From an uncultured Thermoleophilia bacterium (GTDB lineage: Bacteria > Actinomycetota > Thermoleophilia > UBA2241): a stretch of 64,000 bases of DNA. The stretch lies in assembly GCA_963705205.1 (NCBI GenBank), contig CAVPJG010000001.1:3871-67870 (forward strand). The letters run 5' to 3'. The translations under genes were made by a program, and so were the position numbers. Shown one piece after another: positions 60,999 to 64,000 of this stretch. Under the pieces are notes generated by a model. It was not told where the DNA came from and searched no databases. It was given only the letters and a program-made list of their open reading frames with translations. The first letter of the stretch is position 1, and every line of letters starts with the position of its first letter.

Positions 60999-61454
60999 TT
61001 ACTTGGCTTTCTCGAGGACCTCGAGGAGACGCCACCGCTTGGTCGCGCTCAGCGGACGCGTCTCGACGACCCGCACGAGGTCGCCGACGCCGGCCGCGTT
61101 CTGCTCGTCGTGAGCGTGCAGCTTGCTGGAGCGGCGTACGACCTTGCCGTACCGCTCGTGCTTCTGCGCCACGTCGATGCGCACCACGATGGTCTTGTCC
61201 ATGGCGTCGCTCACGACGATGCCACGACGCTCCTTGCGGCCCGGCACCTTCTCGGGCGCCGTGCGCTCGGCCTTGGCCTTGCTGCGCGCGGCCGAGACCT
61301 TCTTGGCCGGCTTCGTCTCGGGGGCCACGGCCTTCTTGGCGGTCGTCTTCTTGGGCGCGGCCTTCTTCGCCGCCGCCTTCTTCGCCGCCGGCTTGCGGGC
61401 CGCGGACTGCTTGGCAGCGGGCTTGCCGCTGTCTGTCTTCTTCGTCGTCGCCAT
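60999..61454 (-). CDS. rpsQ: 30S ribosomal protein S17 with a long Lys/Ala-rich N-terminal extension
   Basis: Core [11 protein letters not shown]...[13 protein letters not shown]; ATG overlaps the rpmC stop (TGATG), so the extension is probably translated. Confidence 0.96.
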   Translation of the reverse strand: MATTKKTDSGKPAAKQSAARKPAAKKAAAKKAAPKKTTAKKAVAPETKPAKKVSAARSKAKAERTAPEKVPGRKERRGIVVSDAMDKTIVVRIDVAQKHERYGKVVRRSSKLHAHDEQNAAGVGDLVRVVETRPLSATKRWRLLEVLEKAK

Positions 61455-61666
61455 CAGGCTTCACCACCGGCGTTGCGCTCGTGCTCCCGCTCGGCCTGCA
61501 TGGTGAGCAGGCGGGCGATCTCGCGGCGCGTCGCATTCAGTTTCATCGGGTTGTCGAGCTGCCCAGTGGCATGCTGGAAGCGCAGGTTGAAGAGCTCCTT
61601 GCGCGTGTCCTTGAGGCGCACGATGAGCTCGTCGTCGGAGAGCTCGCGGAGCTTGCTAGCCTTCAA
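61454..61666 (-). CDS. rpmC: 50S ribosomal protein L29
   Basis: [20 protein letters not shown]. Confidence 0.97.
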   Translation of the reverse strand: MKASKLRELSDDELIVRLKDTRKELFNLRFQHATGQLDNPMKLNATRREIARLLTMQAEREHERNAGGEA

Positions 61667-62081
61667 AGAGACTGCCCTCCCTCGTCACGAACTTGCACTT
61701 GATGGGCAGTTTGTGGGCCGCCAGGCGCATGGCCTCGCGGGCCACAGGCTCGCTGACGCCGGCCAGTTCGAACATGACCTTGCCCGGCTTGACCACGGCC
61801 ACCCACGACTCGGGCGAGCCCTTGCCGCCGCCCATGCGCGTCTCGGCGGCCTTCCGCGTGACCGGCTTGTGCGGGAACACGTTGATCCACACCTTGCCGC
61901 CACGCTTGATGTAGCGCGTCATGGCGATACGGGCTGCTTCGATCTGACGGTTGGTGATCCAGCCGCGCTCGATCGCCTTCAGGCCGTACTGGCCGAATTC
62001 GACGGTCGTGCCGCCCTTGGCCTCGCCGGCCATGCGGCCGCGCTGTTGTTTCCTGTGCTTGACTCTCTTCGGCAGAAGCAT
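61656..62081 (-). CDS. rplP: 50S ribosomal protein L16
   Basis: [21 protein letters not shown]. Confidence 0.98.
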   Translation of the reverse strand: MLLPKRVKHRKQQRGRMAGEAKGGTTVEFGQYGLKAIERGWITNRQIEAARIAMTRYIKRGGKVWINVFPHKPVTRKAAETRMGGGKGSPESWVAVVKPGKVMFELAGVSEPVAREAMRLAAHKLPIKCKFVTREGSLFEG

Positions 62082-62099
62082 CGTCTACGTCCTCTCCCG

Positions 62100-63110
62100 T
62101 CAGCTCTGCTCGGTCTTGGGCGCGTCTGGCTTGGTCTCAGGCTTGGTCTCAGGCTTGGGTGCATCGGCAGGCTTGGCCGTACGGTTCGGAGCCTGACGAC
62201 CCATCGGCGCCTTGGGGCCCACGGAGGGCCGCTGGCCGCCCGGGCCACGACCCGGACCACCGGGACCGCGACCGGGGCCGCCTGGGCCACGACCCGGACC
62301 ACCGGGACCGCGACCGGGGCCGCCTGGGCCACGACCCGGACCACCGGGACCGCGACCGGGGCCGCCTGGGCCACGACCGCCGGGGGCGCCGTCGCGGCGG
62401 GGGCGACGGTCGCGACCGCCGCGGTCGTCGCGGCGCTGCTCGTCGCGCTCCATGCGCGCCTTGGCCTCATCCATGGGGTAGCCCTCGGGCAGGATCTCGC
62501 CCTTGTTGATCCACACCTTGACGCCGATACGGCCGAAGGTGGTGCGGGCCTCGCGGAAGCCGTAGTCGATGTCCGCGCGCAGGGTATGCAGCGGGACGCG
62601 ACCTTCGCTGTAGTGTTCGTTGCGGGCCATCTCGGCGCCGCCCAGACGGCCGCCGCAGCGCACGCGCATGCCGGCGGCGCCCGAACGCATGGCGCTCGTC
62701 AGGGCGCGCTTCATCGCGCGGCGGAAACTGACGCGGTTCTCGAGCTGCTCGGCGATGGACTGGGCTACGAGCACGGCGTCGAGCTCCGGACGCTTGACCT
62801 CGATGATGTTGACCTGGACGTTCTTCCGGGTCATCCCGTGGATCTCTTTGCGCAGCGCGTCGACCTCGGACCCGCTCTTGCCGATCACGATGCCGGGGCG
62901 CGCCGTGTGGATGTCGATGGTGATGTTGTTCTGGTCCTTGCGGATGATGATGCGCGATAGACCGGCGTGCGAGAGCTTGCGCAGGATGTGCAGGCGGATG
63001 CGCTCGTCCTCGGCCAGGAACTGCTTGAACTCCTTCTCCGTGTACCAGTGCGACTTCCAGTCGTGGATGACGCCGACGCGGAAGCCGCCGGGATGCACTT
63101 TCTGGCCCAT
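62100..63110 (-). CDS. rpsC: 30S ribosomal protein S3 with a repetitive C-terminal tail
   Basis: [36 protein letters not shown]. Confidence 0.98.
   Translation of the reverse strand: MGQKVHPGGFRVGVIHDWKSHWYTEKEFKQFLAEDERIRLHILRKLSHAGLSRIIIRKDQNNITIDIHTARPGIVIGKSGSEVDALRKEIHGMTRKNVQVNIIEVKRPELDAVLVAQSIAEQLENRVSFRRAMKRALTSAMRSGAAGMRVRCGGRLGGAEMARNEHYSEGRVPLHTLRADIDYGFREARTTFGRIGVKVWINKGEILPEGYPMDEAKARMERDEQRRDDRGGRDRRPRRDGAPGGRGPGGPGRGPGGPGRGPGGPGRGPGGPGRGPGGPGRGPGGPGRGPGGQRPSVGPKAPMGRQAPNRTAKPADAPKPETKPETKPDAPKTEQS
62242..62378. repeat. Three perfect 42-bp tandem repeats (plus 11 bp) inside rpsC
   Basis: Unit GGGCCACGACCCGGACCACCGGGACCGCGACCGGGGCCGCCT at 62242, 62284 and 62326; encodes (GRGPGGP)n. 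Confidence 0.95.
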
Positions 63111-63454
63111 TAGGAACGGCCCTCCCTTTGCTCGACCGCGACGGTGATGTGGCTGCTGCGCTTGCGGATGCGGTTCACGCGGCCCATGGCCCGGAACTGC
63201 CACCGCTTGAGGGTAGGACCCTCGTCGACGCGCGCTTCCTTGACATACAGGTCGTCGGCGGAGAGGGCGTTGTTGTGCTCGGCGTTGGCCACGGCGGAGT
63301 CGAGGACCGCGGCGACGAGACGAGCCGAGTTACGGTTGGCGAAGAACAGCACGCTGCGCGCCTCAGCCACGGACTTGCCGCGGATGAGGTCGGCCGCCTC
63401 GCGCGCCTTGCGCGGTGCGACGCGAACGTATTTCGCCTGTGCTCTGACTGCCAT
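63110..63454 (-). CDS. rplV: 50S ribosomal protein L22
   Basis: [27 protein letters not shown]. Confidence 0.98.
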   Translation of the reverse strand: MAVRAQAKYVRVAPRKAREAADLIRGKSVAEARSVLFFANRNSARLVAAVLDSAVANAEHNNALSADDLYVKEARVDEGPTLKRWQFRAMGRVNRIRKRSSHITVAVEQREGRS

Positions 63455-63460
63455 CGATGA

Positions 63461-63739
63461 TTACCTTCTCGCCGAGCGGTCACCCTTGATGTGACCGCGG
63501 AACGTACGGGTGAGCGCGAACTCGCCCAGCTTGTGACCGACCATGGACTCGCTGACGAAGATGGGCACGTGCTTGCGCCCGTCGTGGACAGCGATGGTGT
63601 GACCGACCATGTCGGGGAAGACCGTTGAGGCCCGCGACCAGGTCTTGATCATCTTCTTCTGGCCGGCGGCGTTCATCTGCTCGATGCGCTTCATGAGGCG
63701 CTCGTCGACGAACGGTCCCTTCTTTGCTGACCTGCTCAA
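63461..63739 (-). CDS. rpsS: 30S ribosomal protein S19
   Basis: [21 protein letters not shown]. Confidence 0.98.
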   Translation of the reverse strand: MSRSAKKGPFVDERLMKRIEQMNAAGQKKMIKTWSRASTVFPDMVGHTIAVHDGRKHVPIFVSESMVGHKLGEFALTRTFRGHIKGDRSARR

Positions 63740-63754
63740 AAGGTGCCTCCTGCC

Positions 63755-64000
63755 TTACCCGCGCTTGCCGCGTTTGCGGCCGCGGATGATCAACTTGTCC
63801 GACGCCTTGTGGTTGGCGCGCGTGCGATAGCCCAGCGTGGGCACGCCCCACGGCGTCACCGGATGACGGCCGGCCGTCGTCTTGCCCTCGCCGCCACCGT
63901 GCGGGTGGTCGACCGGGTTCATGGCCGTGCCGCGCACGGTCGGGCGCACGCCGCGCCAGCGGGTGCGGCCGGCCTTGCCGCCGGAGAGGTTCGAGTGGTC
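63755..64000 (-). CDS. rplB: 50S ribosomal protein L2, C-terminal part (start outside window)
   Basis: [29 protein letters not shown]. Confidence 0.97.
   Translation of the reverse strand, partial: DHSNLSGGKAGRTRWRGVRPTVRGTAMNPVDHPHGGGEGKTTAGRHPVTPWGVPTLGYRTRANHKASDKLIIRGRKRGKRG

Noticed and set aside
62242-62378. Regular repeats that could suggest a CRISPR array
   Set aside because: Head-to-tail repeats with no spacers, in frame within rpsC; no cas genes.

Overview
Very GC-rich bacterial chromosome segment, most consistent with an anaerobic, deep-branching actinobacterium (Thermoleophilia-like; inferred from DUF501/ftsB/ppx next to eno, leaderless-type promoters and Firmicutes-like gene order, not from a phylogeny). 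Almost all genes are on the minus strand. The right end holds the S10-spc-alpha ribosomal operons (rplB partial to rplQ) followed by ecfA1-ecfA2-ecfT-truA. The left two thirds hold the conserved backbone rsmI...metG-tatD-rsmA-ispE-tRNA-Gln-glmU-prs-rplY-pth...mfd-prsA-mazG-eno...ftsB-DUF501-ppx-tRNA-Leu. A ~14.6 kb accessory block sits between metG and rsmI. Its core is a hydrogen metabolism and sensing locus: rex, a receiver protein, hydC-hydB-hydA (electron-bifurcating-type [FeFe]-hydrogenase), a sensory-type [FeFe]-hydrogenase fused directly to a histidine kinase, a second receiver protein and a hybrid kinase, with Rex operators visible upstream. Other notable items are a 37-bp palindromic repeat family, a 27-bp strand-specific RNA hairpin after eno, four small genes missed by the ORF track (including a 2[4Fe-4S] ferredoxin), two +1 frameshifts (pth and the hybrid kinase; probably sequencing errors), and long low-complexity extensions on ribosomal proteins S3 and S17. 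All calls come from reading motifs by eye; no database searches were run.
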